Positions 13,815 to 28,689 of a DNA stretch of 64,000 nt are shown piece after piece. Position numbers and translations under genes: made by a program. The notes under the pieces were generated by a model. The model was not told the origin of the DNA and did no database searches. It was given only the letters and a program-made list of their open reading frames with translations. The DNA comes from Octopus vulgaris (lineage: Eukaryota). How positions within the stretch are numbered: the stretch's first letter is position 1; each line of letters opens with the position of its first letter. The DNA lies in assembly GCA_951406725.2 (NCBI GenBank), contig OX597829.1:13888001-13952000 (forward strand), read 5' to 3'.

Positions 13815-14386
13815 TGCACACACATATAGTTTCCGTTTGCCAAATATCACTATAGTTTCCCTCCACCTGACTCCACCTGTGTATTAGTGTGAAGAAAAGT
13901 GCAAGTCCTGTGCACTAATACTCGAAGAAGTCGATTATAAATTCATATATACTTGGATGTTTGTTTTGGCAAGGGGGAAAATACTCTGGAATGAAAGCTA
14001 AAAACTTCCATGTTGATATCATTTGATTAATCCTGTTTTGGTGTGATTTTGTGCTACCTGCTCTGTTTCTACTGGGTTTTAATCTTACTTAGTTTAATGG
14101 CTTAATTTAAAATGGAAAGATACAGCGTCCTTGATATTTACAAAAGCCTTTGAGACACGTTAGGAGGGAAGGAGGGCAAGGGATCAAGATTGAGGACTTA
14201 CTGCTAACTATCTACCTGTAAAGATCGTTGTAAGCACCACAGCTGAAATTTACGACTGGCATGTGGATCTGAAACTGAATTGGGGGGCGTCCATTTATAG
14301 CTTTTCATATTTCAAAATAGATATGCATTTACTTATATAAATCTGTGGATATTTGCATGTTTGTGTGTGTGTGTGTGTGTGTGTTT

Positions 14387-14439
<53 letters not shown>

Positions 14440-14956
14440 CGCATGTGTGTCCATGCGTGCGTCTGTGTGATTGTGTGTATTCATGTATATATTATTCGGA
14501 TGATCGTGTGAACGTTTCTTCAGATGATAAAAATTTAATATGGTAGAAACTCAAACATTTCATTTCCCAAAGAAGGTCTTACGTTATAAACGCATGGAAT
14601 ATTGCGTGGTTCAGGAAAAACCTCATTGAGCGTCAGTGCAAGAGAAAAAGTTTTAGAGGCCGGACCAAGTAGTGAAAAAGGTAAATGATCAATAAAATTG
14701 AATTAATAAATATAAAACATAAATTTGTGTGAGATAATATCAGTTAAATAACAATAAAATATATTAATAATGGTGCCTGAAATGATTAAATAGTGCATGA
14801 TTAGACACCATTATCTATGGGAGTTACTCATAAAAAATACCTTAGAACTTGTCATTAGGAAAATTTTAAGACTGGTTGTTGCATTAATAGTAATTAAATA
14901 GTTTAATAAATAACTAATAAGAGAAGCAATGATAGAAATAACATAAAAATAATAGA

Positions 14957-15104
14957 TGGCGTGTCCGTGTTGTAGGAAGATAACTTCCTAACCACGTGGT
15001 CTCTGGTTCAGTCTCACTGCGTAGCACCTTGGACCAGTGTCTTCTACTATAGCCTCGAGCCGACCAAAGCCTTATGAGTGGATTTGGTTGAACGAAATCT
15101 AGCG
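14957..15104 (+). mobile_element. SINE family 1, 5' half
   Basis: ggttcagtctcactgcgtagcaccttggaccagtgtcttctactatagcctcgagccgaccaaagcc. Confidence 0.75.
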
Positions 15105-15329
15105 TATATATATATATATATATAAATATATATATGTGTGTGTATGTGTGTGTGTGTGTGCATTATACATACATACACACACACACACACATACGTGAAG
15201 GATTCTCTTGTGAATGACAAATGAGGGTTCAGTAAAATAAAGCGTTAAACATGTGCTATGGATAAGAATGTGTCTCTTGAGGTAAACTGGTGCCTTGCAA
15301 ACCTTTTGACAAATGGAATGAGTTAAGGG

Positions 15330-16250
15330 CTCAGTTTGCTTTTTGCTTTTAGATTATTCACTATGTGTTTTCTTGAGTGGACAAGACCTGCTTTGCTTCA
15401 TGCTACAATACCACAATGACGGGTAAGATTTTCATTCAGAGGACCAGCATTTTGCCAGCTTTCCTTCATGACTGCACGAAGGTGGTCCCTATGTTGGAGT
15501 TGACCTTGCTCAAATCGTTGAACTGAGGAACAGGAGGACTTGTGCCAGGTCCTGCGTTTTGTTGCTTTGTTTCGTCAGGAAGAAAAGAGAATATTGCATC
15601 GCTTTCGGAATGACTTTTAGTTTGTCTTTGAAGCGCCTGAGTGGCCTTTCAATTTTGATATAACTCATACGAGAGAGAAGATCTGGCACCTAAGCTGTAT
15701 TTTTATGATAATGGCTTCAAAACCTGATATGTTTCATTTTTTATTACCCCGCTGTTATGAATGTAGCCACACAGTTTTATGCAAGCATCGCATATAAAAA
15801 GCGTCAAGCTGGTTGATATTCTTTGGGTACAGACTTCAAAATTCAGCACCATAAAGCAATGTTGTCAAGACCACCCATTTATCCAAAGCCTGTGTTAAAG
15901 CTTACCGAAAGCATCATTAGACACAATGGAACCAAGGTAAGTGAAGGAGGAAAGAGTTTTTAATGTTTTCCCATCAACATATACAGTAGGGGGCAATAGC
16001 GCGAGATAGTCACGGATGGGCTGATGGACAAGCTCAGTTTTCTTGATGTTGATAGTCAGATCAAAAGTCTTCAATGCACGCGTGTTGTTTAGAATCCATT
16101 GCATGTCCTCAAGAGTGTATGCTACAAGTGCACAATCGTCTGCGAAGAGCATGTCTCGAACTGTTTGCACTAGTCTTGCTTGGTGAGAAGAGAACAAAAA
16201 ACAAAAGCCGTCGAAGGGTAGAGGAACTCATGAGTAGTCAACGGTCATCC
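15330..16250 (-). mobile_element. Degenerate RTE LINE 3' fragment
   Basis: VRDMLFADDCALVA, LTINIKKTE, FTYLGS; many stops and deletions downstream. Confidence 0.85.
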
Positions 16251-16359
16251 AACAAACATGTGTTTACATACGTATATATTGCTTTTATATGTCGTATATA
16301 TTCTTAAATCTCATCTACTTTTACTTTTTATATCTATTTATATATATATATATATGTAT

Positions 16360-16600
16360 GGGGCAGTTCCTTAGCCATGGTGAGGACAACCCATCTAGGA
16401 GAAGGAAAACTCTGATATAGAACCAGTTTGGGGGGTTGCTGACAGTCCCCATAGCTGATGTGCACTATCAGCATCTACTTATTCATAGGACAGTCTGGGG
16501 CCTGTAGATTTTGAGCAACTAGACAAGGAGAAGGCTACTCTGATTTCAAATCTGCGATCGATTTAGCATCTGAAGCGTGGCCCACTGTGCACCTGTAGAG
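16360..16600 (+). mobile_element. RTE 5'UTR / Ceph-domain-like fragment
   Basis: Two copies of the ggagaagg(aa/ct)actctgat motif (~16398 and ~16527), as at ~11468. Confidence 0.55.
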
Positions 16601-16632
16601 GTAATATATATATATATATATATATATACATT

Positions 16633-16852
16633 TGTGTGTGTGTCTATGTCTGTGTCCCTCACTACTGCTTGACAACCGGTGTTGGTGTGCATATGTTCCC
16701 GCAACTTAGCGCTTCGGCAACAGACTCCAACAGAATAAGTACTTGGCTTTAAAAAATAAATAATTCCTAGGGTCGATTTGTTCGACTAAAATCCTTCAAG
16801 GCGGTGCCCCAGCATGGCCGCAGTCAAATGACTGAAACAAGTAAAAGAGTAA
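16633..16852 (+). mobile_element. SINE family 1, 3' half
   Basis: gcttgacaaccggtgttggtg ... aaggcggtgccccagcatggccgcagtcaaatgactgaaacaagtaaaaga. Confidence 0.8.
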
Positions 16853-17514
16853 AATATTAAATACATAATTGAAAATTAGGTAATTGAATAGGATATTGTC
16901 TAATTAAATAAATATTTAACTAATCATTTAAATAATTGATAAATAAAATATTAGTAAATGATATGGGATAAGCTAGAGATATATCACAGCATCACACAAT
17001 ATAGTATCAGGGTATAATAAAGGAAAATAAGGCGTTAGTGAATGCATCAAGCGGTTGAGTTGAAGTGGAGTTACATGGTGTTGCTCAACAACGCAAGTTA
17101 ACGAATTAAGGATTTGTAAGTAAATATCATTTGTTCTCTGTCATAGTTCAGGTGCCTCTTATATAGGATTGGTATAAGCGCGATCACAAACGGCGAAGGT
17201 GAAGTTAATACTCGTGAAGGAATATAATCAGACTGTGTTGCAAAAGACATTACCTCTTCGTTCGAGATAATGATCCAAAAACGGTGATAAAAAACGTGAC
17301 CTATTTCTGTTTGGGGTGAGGTTTCTGTTTGTTCTTGAGGTAGAGAAAGCATTTTCTGATATGACAGGACAGATGACCGTGTGCCAAATATTTAAGCCCA
17401 AAGATGAGACGAGAAAGCATGTGGATGTAGGTTAAATACTTTCCCAAGAAGCTGGAGATATAGATATGGAGAATATGGAGAATATAGATATGGAGAATAT
17501 AGATACGAGTCACG

Positions 17515-17592
<78 letters not shown>

Positions 17593-18449
17593 TAGCAGCA
17601 GCAGCAGCAGTAATGGTGGCGGAATTTCTGGCGCGGATGGACGACAGAATCGGTTGTACAAAAATACAATGTGGTTTAAATTCAGAATTGAAACCTCACC
17701 GATGTCATATCTGCCTTTTACTCCTGATTCGGAAAAAAGTGAGCTTATTTTTGAAGCCACTATTAGATTCATGAAATCAAGTTTTGAATTCGATTTAATC
17801 GATACTTCTCTAGACTCACCTATGTATGATCGCATGACCATCTAATAATAACCGCAGAGCTTTCTTCAATTACATTCCACCGATTTAAATAGAATCGTGG
17901 GCTATATTCCTGCATAAAACTAAAAAGGTACATTTGTAACTGCTTAAATTCCTTTGAAGACACATCTACCTGATTGTACTTAACCTGGGGCTACACTTTT
18001 GGCTAGGTTATTATATTTCATCATAAGGAAAATCCTAGATAGCACTGATGTTCTTCATGGTTTGAGAAATGCATCAAGAATATGTTTCTTACGTCAAAGA
18101 CAATTGGGCACATCTTGGTATATAAACTTGTTCAACACTAACAACGTAATATCGCGCTAACAATATCTAAATTTCCCGCTATTGCGATATTCATTTCTAC
18201 AAATTTATAAATTTACACCAGATATAAGCAGGTTGAAAGACACTTTCTTTAACTGCCATGTTTTTTAGTTCAATACTTAACATTACAAACACTATTATTG
18301 CTATATTTACGGATGTACTTATATCCATCCTCTGAGCTACTTCTTTATAACAATGGCTGGGTTTTACCCAAATTACAGCAGCTACAAGTAAATTTATAGA
18401 CATGTTCTTTAACTGCCATTTTGTATTTAGTACAGTAGCTAGGTCAGTT

Positions 18450-18590
<141 letters not shown>

Positions 18591-21220
18591 ATGTTTATTT
18601 ATTAGCTACACAGGGGTGCACACAGACGGGACAGATTACAAACTAGAGCTTTTCTTTTTTGGGGAAAAAAAGTGGGGTAGGTTTTCGATCAAAAGGGATC
18701 GTAAAAGGGAAAGAAGAAAATAAAAAGAACAGAAAAAAGAGAAAGAACGATCAATAGGGATCGTGTATCACAGTATCATGATGTAAGGTGTAAAGGGGGA
18801 AGCAGATAAGTTTTATCCGTGGAAAGAAAAGACCACGGTAAACTCGGTCAATATTGTTATATGTTACCACATTTGTTTGCAAGTGGGTAACCCTCTGTTT
18901 TCAATTTCTGCGTTCATAGGATGATACTCAAGGTAGCTTCGTCATTCATATGTGCAATCCTTGCTACATTCACTCATCTTTTTTTAAACATTCGTTAGAC
19001 AAAACTTGCCTCTCTACTCTCATTTTCCTTTTCAAATGATACTTGAAGAAGTTGATGAGAGATTGATCAGAGAAAAAGTGTTTGTCTTCAATCCTTTCAG
19101 ACGCATTCACCAGATACATTCTTTCGCCATAGCCATAAGGATGATGAAAATAGCTCTTCCTTCCCGTTTGAAAGAAGGAGGCGTGACAATATTGACGATA
19201 GACTCGACTGATAAACCGACTCGTCCCACACGTGACAGCAGTTGTTCGACATAAGCCCTCAGGTCGGAGATTGTTGGACACTCCACGATTGCGTGCAGAA
19301 CGGTTTCGTCGCTCTGACCACATCTCGAGTAGGTCGGCTCCATGTTTCTCGAGCCATGATCTATGACTGCAGTTCGGTTATGGAGATGAGTTGCGCGAAA
19401 GCGTGCCTCACAAACGGCGATCACACCTGTTCACCGTCGTCTACGTAGAGCCTGAGATGTCGCAGTCTCAGCGCGTGTCTGCACATCATCAACCACGGCA
19501 TGCCCAGTCCTCCTTTTAACGGGTGTTGACAGCAAATGGATCGCCTGACCATCGGGACGCAGCCTTTCCACAAGAAGCGAAAGAGAATGCGTTCTAGTTT
19601 GGTGATGGTTGGGTTGAGACAAGGCACGACGGTCAGGCGGTAGTAGATGACGGACGCGATGTACGAGTTCGCCACCTCCGCCCGACCTTTTAGGGACAGT
19701 TTCCTCTCGGCCCATAGCCTGGTGAGAGTGAACACCCTACGCGTTATCTCGTTCCAGTTGGAGGTCCGGACCAAACCAACCCCGAGCAACTCGACCGGAC
19801 CGTCGGTCCAGCGACCCACGACGGAGGCGCTTCTGGACGACATGGCTTGTTTCTCCAGGTGCCTAGTCGCAAGCCCACTGATATTTTCCGGTTGATTTTC
19901 GCTCCTGTCACCGCTTCGTAGTTTTTCAGTGTATCGCCGACCTGCTCGATGTGCTCATGGCTAGACACTATGACGGTGACGTCGTCAGCGTATGCAGACA
20001 CGCTCATCCCGCATCCCAATTCTCGCGGGATGCCCCTCAGAGTTGTCAGCTTCCGCAATAATGGCTCGAGAGTCAATACGTAGAGAAGCTACGAGAGGGG
20101 GCATCCCTGACGGACCGAACGTGCGATGTCGAAGAGTCTCGATAGATGTCCATTTACGCGAATTACCGAACGGATGCCTCTGTACAAAGCGGCTGTTCAG
20201 CCGCGGAAGACTGGACCGAAACCAGCCGCTCTGAGGACAGCCTCCAATTATCGATGGTCTACCTTATCGAAAGCTTTCGATTGATCCAAATTGATCAGCG
20301 CCCCACCCATGCCAGGTTCCTTAACTACCCTGTCTCTGATGTAGCGCATCAGGTGGAGCTTGTCATGGATGGTCCGGCCCGGCACGGCGCACGTTTGCGC
20401 CTTGTCGACCAGTTTCTCGATGACAAGCGCCAACCTCTTGGCTAACACCTTGGCCAAAATTTTGAAGTCTGCATTAAGCAGAGTGATGGACCTAAAGTTA
20501 TCAATTACATCCAAACCCGGTGATTTGTCCCTCGAGCATTCTGCCATCGCGTCCTGCACTTCCGCCGCCGTGATGGCACCTTCGCAGAGCCCTGCCTCTC
20601 TTGTCGAAAGTCGTGGTAGGCTGTGTAGGTAGGTACTGAAGTTTATCCTACGTTTTTGCCCGCCACTCGTCCCGAACGGTCGGGCAAAATGCTGTTGAAA
20701 GGCCTCACACATTTTACTTGGTTCGAGCAATTCGCGCCCCTGTTCATCTACCAGAGACCGAATAGTGGCTTTGTTGCCCTGTTGCACCTCTGCCACCCGG
20801 GCCCCTCTAACAGCTCCAACACCTTCCTTCCTTAGAGCACGCATCCTAGCTCTGACAACACACCCTTCGTGTTTGGCGTTGAAGTGTTGGTCGAGGGCCA
20901 ACCTCGCCGCCAAAACGTCGGATGCGATGCCGCTTCTAATTGCCTCTTCTAGCTTCTTAACTAGCTCACCCTATACTCTATTTCTATCTATGGCTAGTGC
21001 TTCACTGTACCTAATCGCTTCTGCTTTTACTTCTCTTTTGGGGGCAAACCACCATTTGTTGTTGACGATGGCTCCTGTCAAAGCCCTCTTTACAAGTGTG
21101 CTAATCCGGTCTCTGAAAACCTGTCTCGATGGGAAAGACGCGTTTAGTATCCAGTATCCGGGACCCTGCCTATGTGTCTTACATAAGTCACAACCAATCT
21201 TGACCATAATCCTAGTGAAT
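18591..21220 (-). mobile_element. Tx1/L1-clade LINE ORF2 (RT + Cys finger) and 3'UTR, frameshifted
   Basis: KSPGLD, FRSITLLNADFKILAKVLAKRL, LDQSKAFDKVDH, AYADD, LSLKGR, FLWKG, GGLG, RCG..ETVLHAIVECP; AATAAA at 3' end. Confidence 0.9.
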
Positions 21221-22390
21221 TAGAATACAAGCGAAAGAAACAGAGTGTTACTTACTGCTCGAAAGTTTTGCTTTCTCCTCCTTTGGTTTGTCCTCCAGGA
21301 GATCCCAGTAAAGTTTCTTTGTGAGGTATTTTTGGCATTTACCAACCGCACTGGGGAAAATGCCTTTTACTGTGTGGTGCAGACTTCTGGAGATGTGTAA
21401 TATTTTGATGTGATCCGGTGGTGTTGTGTATGGGTGGTTGTTTGTTTTTATGTCATCTTCTGTTATGTTTGTTTTAGATTTGATGTATTCCATCAAATTT
21501 GTGTTTTTGGTGTCTATAGCTGTGAGCATGTTTGCTGTATATATTTTTGTGGTGTTGGTGTGGCTGTTGTTTTTGTTGGGTTTCGAAATGTCTTCGGGAG
21601 ATGTATTTCCCCCTGCTTTGTTTGTGTTTGCATTGGGTTTGGTTGTGTTTCTGCTCTTTATTTTCCTTCCTTTTCTAGCTATTTGCCATTCCTTGCTGGT
21701 TTCGTCTTCCGACGAATTTTCTGAGGAATGAGAAGTGGGTAGGGGCATGTTGTAGGCTTCTATGTATGTCTGCATGTGGTTGTGTTGTTGTTTTCGTTGC
21801 TGTTGGTTGTTGAGTGTTTGTGTGTGTTGAGTGCGGTATAGGGGATGGGGAATCAGTTTTGTATATATTTTTTTGTTTTTCTGTTCCTTTGGTTCTTGCT
21901 GTTGTTGGTGGTGTTGGTATTTTCTCAGGTGTTTTTTCAGGTGTTGCATTATTTTTGATTGGTGATTGATTCGCTTGGTGTGCTTCTCTTGTCGCCTTCT
22001 GTGTTGATGGTGGTGTGGGTAGTAGTGCTTTTTTCTCGGAGTGTTTTGGTTGTGGTAGTGGTTGTTGTTGTTGCTCTTGTTGTGCCGTGGTTGGACACTT
22101 CTTTTTCAAAAGTGTTTCGCCTCCGCACAAATAGCAACGTGGTCGCCTGCCCTCTACCACTACATAGAGTTTGTAGCCTTCTGGCAGTTCTATAGTGGTG
22201 GGTATCTTTTCTCTTGTTGCTTCCTCCAATTGAAGGAGGAATTGGATTGATTTTCCCACCCAGTTTTCTGTTCTAGAATAACGATTTCAAGAATGTGTGA
22301 CTCTGCCATTTCAAAGCAGATGGCAGAAACTAACCATTATATTTCGACTTCAGGTGGTACATTTTTAATTTGGACTTTTGTCACCCTCTA
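21221..22390 (-). mobile_element. Tx1-like ORF1 (gag-like, degenerate zinc knuckle), 5' truncated
   Basis: IPTTIELPEG.KLYVVVEGRRPRCYLCGGETLLKKKCP (CCHC knuckle with H>L); Q/T/K-rich linker with EWQ..RKGRK; frameshift. Confidence 0.7.
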
Positions 22391-22449
22391 GATCGTACAC
22401 ACACAGACAGACATATAATACACGGATACATATATACGTATATACACGA

Positions 22450-22480
<31 letters not shown>

Positions 22481-23389
22481 CATACCTACATACATAAATA
22501 TATACAATATAACATAAATATATACTTTATACATACATAAATTCATACATTATACATACGATTGAAGAAAGCAATAGCCTACATGTCGGAAGTGAGGTCC
22601 TCAGGAAGCAATCTCTTTTTTAATGACCTTCCATACAGCCCCAAATCAACCGAGCTAGCATACCTCAAAGAAAACTTGGTCTCAAAAAAAAAAGACCATG
22701 CACAGTTATGTTTCATGAAAACTTGAAGAAGAAAGCAACATTGACATGAAGCGAAGTCTCTCTCACTCTCTCTCAGACTGTTACATCACATCTGACTTTG
22801 AAAGCAATAATAATTGGTGCATTTCATTTTGTAAGTGCATGTCTAACTATGAAACTGGATAAGCAGGGATTTTCAGGAACTGACTCGCACATTGCAAATA
22901 CAATCTGTAAGCAAAGCGGGACTGTAAAACTATGCAAGACTTTTCTTTGGTTTAAAATGTGACATTGTTTTCGTTATCTGCAATCCAACGATAGGGCTAC
23001 ATATCTTTGTTAGAAACCAGCTCCTTCGTGAAAGGAAAAGTTTTTAATTGTGTATCAAAAACTGTGTCTGTATCTATCTTAACAATGGTCCAAAAACAAT
23101 TGTTTTATTTTCCGAAAACTAACGGATCGACCATTTATTTACGATAATGACAGTGTTTAAAACAAGTTTTAGACTACATATGTCCTGCTTACTTGAAAGT
23201 TGTACCCTACCGTGACTGTTGTCTAGATTTAAGCAAGTATAACAATAGAGAGAATGAAGGAGAGAGAAAGAGAGAGGGGAAAGAAGGAGAGAAGGAGAAA
23301 GAAAAGCAAATAGAGATTGTTCAGAAAACTTCTGCCAGTTAAAAAGAACCAGGAAGCGAATGTGTATACGTGTATCTATATTTTTTATT

Positions 23390-23438
<49 letters not shown>

Positions 23439-23915
23439 TTTTATGTATGTACACATATATATACACAAATGTATATACATGTAACCATATATATGTGTAT
23501 ATACATATATCTATGCATATATGTACGTATGTATATGGTGAAAAAAACGAGCGGGAGATATATAGTAAAGATTAAAAACATTGAAAAATGTAGAAAAGTG
23601 TTCAATATTATATTTTTTCTCACCCAATTATCGATCAGTCATCTTTCAACGTTTTCCATTTATTTATTCATTCCACAATGTCTTATGCACTCTGAAAATG
23701 TTTTGATATTTTTACATTTCCTTTTTGTTTTATTTATATTTTGTTCCTTTTTTTTTCCTGCTATGTCTTTATTTTTCTGTTTTTCGATTATTTCCATGTT
23801 ATGAACACCACTGCATTGTATTTCTGTCTATGAATGCAGTGCAGCGTGTATATCTATGTTTATCTATGTGCGTCTGCGTATGTTCATGTGTGTGTTCGTA
23901 TATGTATATATATAC

Positions 23916-23992
<77 letters not shown>

Positions 23993-24779
23993 GACAGAGA
24001 CAGAGACAGAGACAGAGACAGAGACAGAGACAGAGACAGACAGAGACAGACAGACAGACAGATCGAAAAATTATGACTTGGGTAAGTCTAGTGTGTAGAA
24101 ACCGACAAGATTGCATATATCAGCACAATCATAAAGGTTCTCCGAGATATCAGATATACAGGTTCAAAATTTTTACCCATACTGGTTGTATGCCGAAGAA
24201 TATGATTTTACATGCAGCCCTGGTTCTCACCTTAACTAAGAACTTTACGTAAAAGTCTATTAATGTCCTTTAAAAGATAAGAAAAAAAAACCTAATCAAG
24301 TTCAAACCTGTTTCTATTATGCTTCTTACAATTCTACTCTTCATTAGAGGTGGAATACTCAGATACGGAAACAATTCCAATATGAAACTTCATCGGTAAT
24401 CAAAACAAGACTATACATATCAACCTCCCAGAATATCTGAGATAATCTCAAGAACAAATAATAGTTTTTAATACAAACATATTAAATAACAAACATAATT
24501 CTGGACAGTCCGAAGGACGTAACCATGTTCTTTTTCCAAACTACACAATTTACTAGCTCTTCACGATGACCGCGTTTTCTCGTTATATATCGTAAATACT
24601 GTTAGCCAATTTTGCCGTATTATCCGGTGCAAGCAGAAGAGTAACTCAAGCTATTAAGTATATCTATCCCTAAAAAATTGATATGATTTGCACAAATATG
24701 GAGCGAGTCACCGCAAGGATTTCGTTCATTTACTGTACAAAGTATTATGTAGATATATATATACACATATGCATACATA

Positions 24780-24864
<85 letters not shown>

Positions 24865-24920
24865 GAGATGTACTCGCATAGCAAGTAATTTGATCTGAGA
24901 TCGTGTGCTGAAACGAAAAC

Positions 24921-25120
24921 AATTGCAGCGTGGAAGGTGTTTATAAGCCATTTAAGAAACACACAAAAGCCGTTCGATTCACTTCAACTTTAAGTTTAAT
25001 TTGTCAAAATATTTTCGTCGCTAAAATCCACTATGACAAATTAAACTTAAATGTTGAAGTGAATTGAACGGCTTTTGTGTGTTTCTTAAATGGCTTATAA
25101 ACACCTTCCACGCTGCAATT
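24921..25120. repeat. ~86-bp inverted repeat (fold-back) with a half hammerhead at the spacer
   Basis: 24921-25006 is the near-perfect reverse complement of 25034-25120; minus strand 25000-25021 reads GCGAC-GAA-AATATT-T-TGACAAA. Confidence 0.85.
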
Positions 25121-25129
25121 ATATATATA

Positions 25130-25212
25130 TTTCTTTATTGCCCACAAGGGGCTAAACATTGAGGGGACAAACAAGGACAGACAAAGGGATTAAGTCGATT
25201 ACATCGACCCTA
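25130..25212 (-). mobile_element. SINE family 2, 3' fragment with target-site duplication
   Basis: Matches 49965-50050; flanked by direct repeat gctgcaattatatatata (25112 and 25213). Confidence 0.75.
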
Positions 25213-25354
25213 GCTGCAATTATATATATATCCATATACATATACATGTATATACATATATGTATACATGTGTACATGTATATATGTATATATATACATA
25301 TATATATGCATGTGTATATATATGTATATATATATACGTGTATGCGTGTATATA

Positions 25355-25396
<42 letters not shown>

Positions 25397-25399
25397 ATA

Positions 25400-25830
25400 T
25401 AGTCGTTCCTTGTCGTGGTGGAAGAGCTTGTGTGTTCAAATGAGTCTGAGATCGATACCGTCTGGAGTCTTAGACTCCTGGTAAGACCATCCATGGCGGG
25501 AAGATCGAGGATGAGGTCCCAGACTAAACACGACCAAACACCAACATCAAGACCCTAATTGTGGAGCAAGCGGAGGAGGGCTATCTCAAGCCTCCAAGGC
25601 TTGACTGTGGTGGAAGAGGGCAACGCCTAGCTGGCAGACGGGACAAAAGAGGATAGAGTCCAGCAGCTCACTGCAACCAGCCTTATCAAGACTGCACGTC
25701 TCAATTCTTGAGCTGCAGTGGAGAAGTTCCTGGCCAAGGGGACCGGAGGCAGCCTGGAAAGCTGGAAGCCCACGAGGCTCCGGTAGGGGATGGTGGTTAT
25801 CCCTGCTGTACCCTTTCGCCGCAACTTTCT
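25400..25830 (+). mobile_element. RTE/BovB-type 5'UTR fragment
   Basis: ccttgtcgtggtggaagagcttgtgtgttcaaatga...ctggtaagaccatccatggcggg...ccagactaa resembles RTE 5' leaders; GC-rich island. Confidence 0.6.
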
Positions 25831-25970
25831 CTCAATGTTTCTTATGTTGGCCTGCTCGCTTAGCCAGCGGGGTGGCGTCATTTGAAGGCTAAAACAATGC
25901 GAAGCTCATTGCGAGCAGCGATGTGTAGCGACATCTGATAGCCTGGTCGGTCATGGTGATCACAGTAATG

Positions 25971-26031
<61 letters not shown>

Positions 26032-26360
26032 AAATATACATGAGTATTTATATCTATATATTTAATACATATCTATGTTTTATATAAATTTAATTTGTAT
26101 CTATATGTTTTATATATGAGTGTGTGTGCATGTGTGTGTACATTTATTCAGGTGAATGTAGGTTATTGAATGATTATATGTATGTATATCTGTATGTTAG
26201 CTTCCATGTATGTATGCGTGTGTATATATTCGTTGCGTCTTTCAAACTCATATAACATATAACAATAAAACTGGTACCAATATAAAACCCTGACGTGACG
26301 CCCCAGTATGGCCGCTGTTCAGAGATTCTGAAATCAATAAAAATATGAATAACATAGTAA

Positions 26361-26449
<89 letters not shown>

Positions 26450-26725
26450 TGTGTGTGTATGTATGTATGTATGCATGCATATATGCCTGTATGTATGTCT
26501 TGTATGTAACACGTAACACTGTATGAATCAGCAGATTTATTCGTGCATACACTTGTGTGTGCATGTGTGTGTGCGTGCGTGCGTACAACGGGCGGCGAAG
26601 AGCAGAGTAATACTTGTAGAGAGCAGTGAGAACAGAAGGAGTGGCTGAAAATACAATATTTGTATTTAGCAGTGTAAACAACATATGAGCGTGTATGCCT
26701 GCGTGTGCGCGTGAGTATCTATGTG

Positions 26726-26761
26726 TAAGTGTGTAAGTGTATCCCCATACATATACATGCA

Positions 26762-26799
<38 letters not shown>

Positions 26800-26835
26800 T
26801 GCATGTATATGTATGGGGATACACTTACACACTTA
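26726..26835. repeat. Perfect 110-bp palindrome centred on (AT)16
   Basis: 26726-26764 is the exact reverse complement of 26797-26835. Confidence 0.92.
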
Positions 26836-26905
26836 TGTATATGTGTGTGTGTGTGTGCATTTATATATGTATATACATGCATGTATATAATATATATACA
26901 TATAT

Positions 26906-26982
<77 letters not shown>

Positions 26983-27914
26983 TATACAGTCGAACTGACC
27001 ATATATCATATTGAGTTTGACATTTTTCTAACACATTGCAATATTCTTGCTGATATCTTAATATTTTATGATATTTCTGAAGAAAAAAATAAAAACGAAA
27101 TATATATATATATATATATATAGTAGAATGAAAGGAAAAAAATAAAAGAAAAGAGATGTCTTCCAACACCCTAATCATTTCCTCGAAAAAAAATCTGTAC
27201 TACGAATATAACAAGATTATTACAGGAATTCACTGTTCTTTTTATTCTTTGTATTCATTATTGTTTCCCTCCAAGTTTTATTCAGCAAATTTTTGCTATA
27301 TTTTATTATTATTATTATTTTTTTGGCATATTTTGTTATGTTCCCTATCATTATTTCTTGCTGGGTTTAAACAAATCTCAGATAATTTGGTGGAGTGTCA
27401 GGTCATTCTCTGTAAATATAGCAACACATATCAATGTGATATTTTACGTGTAAATGTGATGAGAAACACGCCACACTCACTTTCTTTCTCATTGTCTCTC
27501 CCACTCTCTCTCACACACACCCACACTCAGTCACACATAAACACACACATTTGCTCTCCACCCTCTCACATTCTGTTTGTGTAAATGGTTTGCACACAGG
27601 CATACATGTACATATATATATTTAATTACGAACACACACATACACAGATATACATAAGTGTGTGTGTGTAAGAGTTGTCATGCCTGTGTGGGTGTGTTGC
27701 TGAAAATCCAAAGGGAACATGAAAACGATTAATGGGAAAGGACTAAGTAAAACACAGAAAAAACTTCTCATCAGCCAAGGAATCTGGAATCCACATAGTT
27801 TCAATTCATTCAAAGCTAGGATTTTTAATTCGATAGTACTACTCCTTAAGTTGTGTCAGAGATAGTTTGTATCACTGTTTTGATATATATGTATGTGTGT
27901 GTGCTTGTGTGTGC

Positions 27915-27994
<80 letters not shown>

Positions 27995-28689
27995 GTGTTA
28001 TGTATGTATATTTTGGAAGAATGACTTTTATACATGGAAACAAGTGTACTGTCTGGCCACCGGGGAGAGATGTAACAGTGTTAGAAAGACCAGAACATTA
28101 AAAGCCTGAAAAATATCAAATATTTCGTCCAAGATTGTAACAATTACTTTAATTGACCATCTTGTACCGATTTTTAAAAAATGTTAAACGATGGATTAGC
28201 AGAATAGTTAGAGGCACTAACAAAATGGTTTGTGGTATTTCTTTCGTTTATTTGCTTCATGAGTTGAAATTTCACGCATTCCAAATCTTGTATGCATTTG
28301 TATGTGTGTATGTGTGTGTGAGCGCATAAGAGTTCTGACGTCTTTAGGTCTATATTTATGTGACTAATAATGGGTGTTATGTTAATATGTGTTTTTCTTT
28401 GTCTCATAACTGTTCAATAAAAAGGTTTCTATAAATTAAGTCGGAGGTTGCAATGTATACTGGAGTAGATATACTCGAATACGCCATAAAATGTTGTACC
28501 ATTAGCAAAAATATCCGCTTTTACGATAGGGAATGTGAAATTGGAATAACTTGATGTGAGGCACCAGTAACAATAACCATATGCTAATACATGCAAGGTG
28601 CATTCTAGAAGTTTTGTGGCTTTTTTCAAGAGAGACATTTATTAATTTCTAAGAGATTCAAAATTCTAATTTCCTTCAAGATTGGGTCC

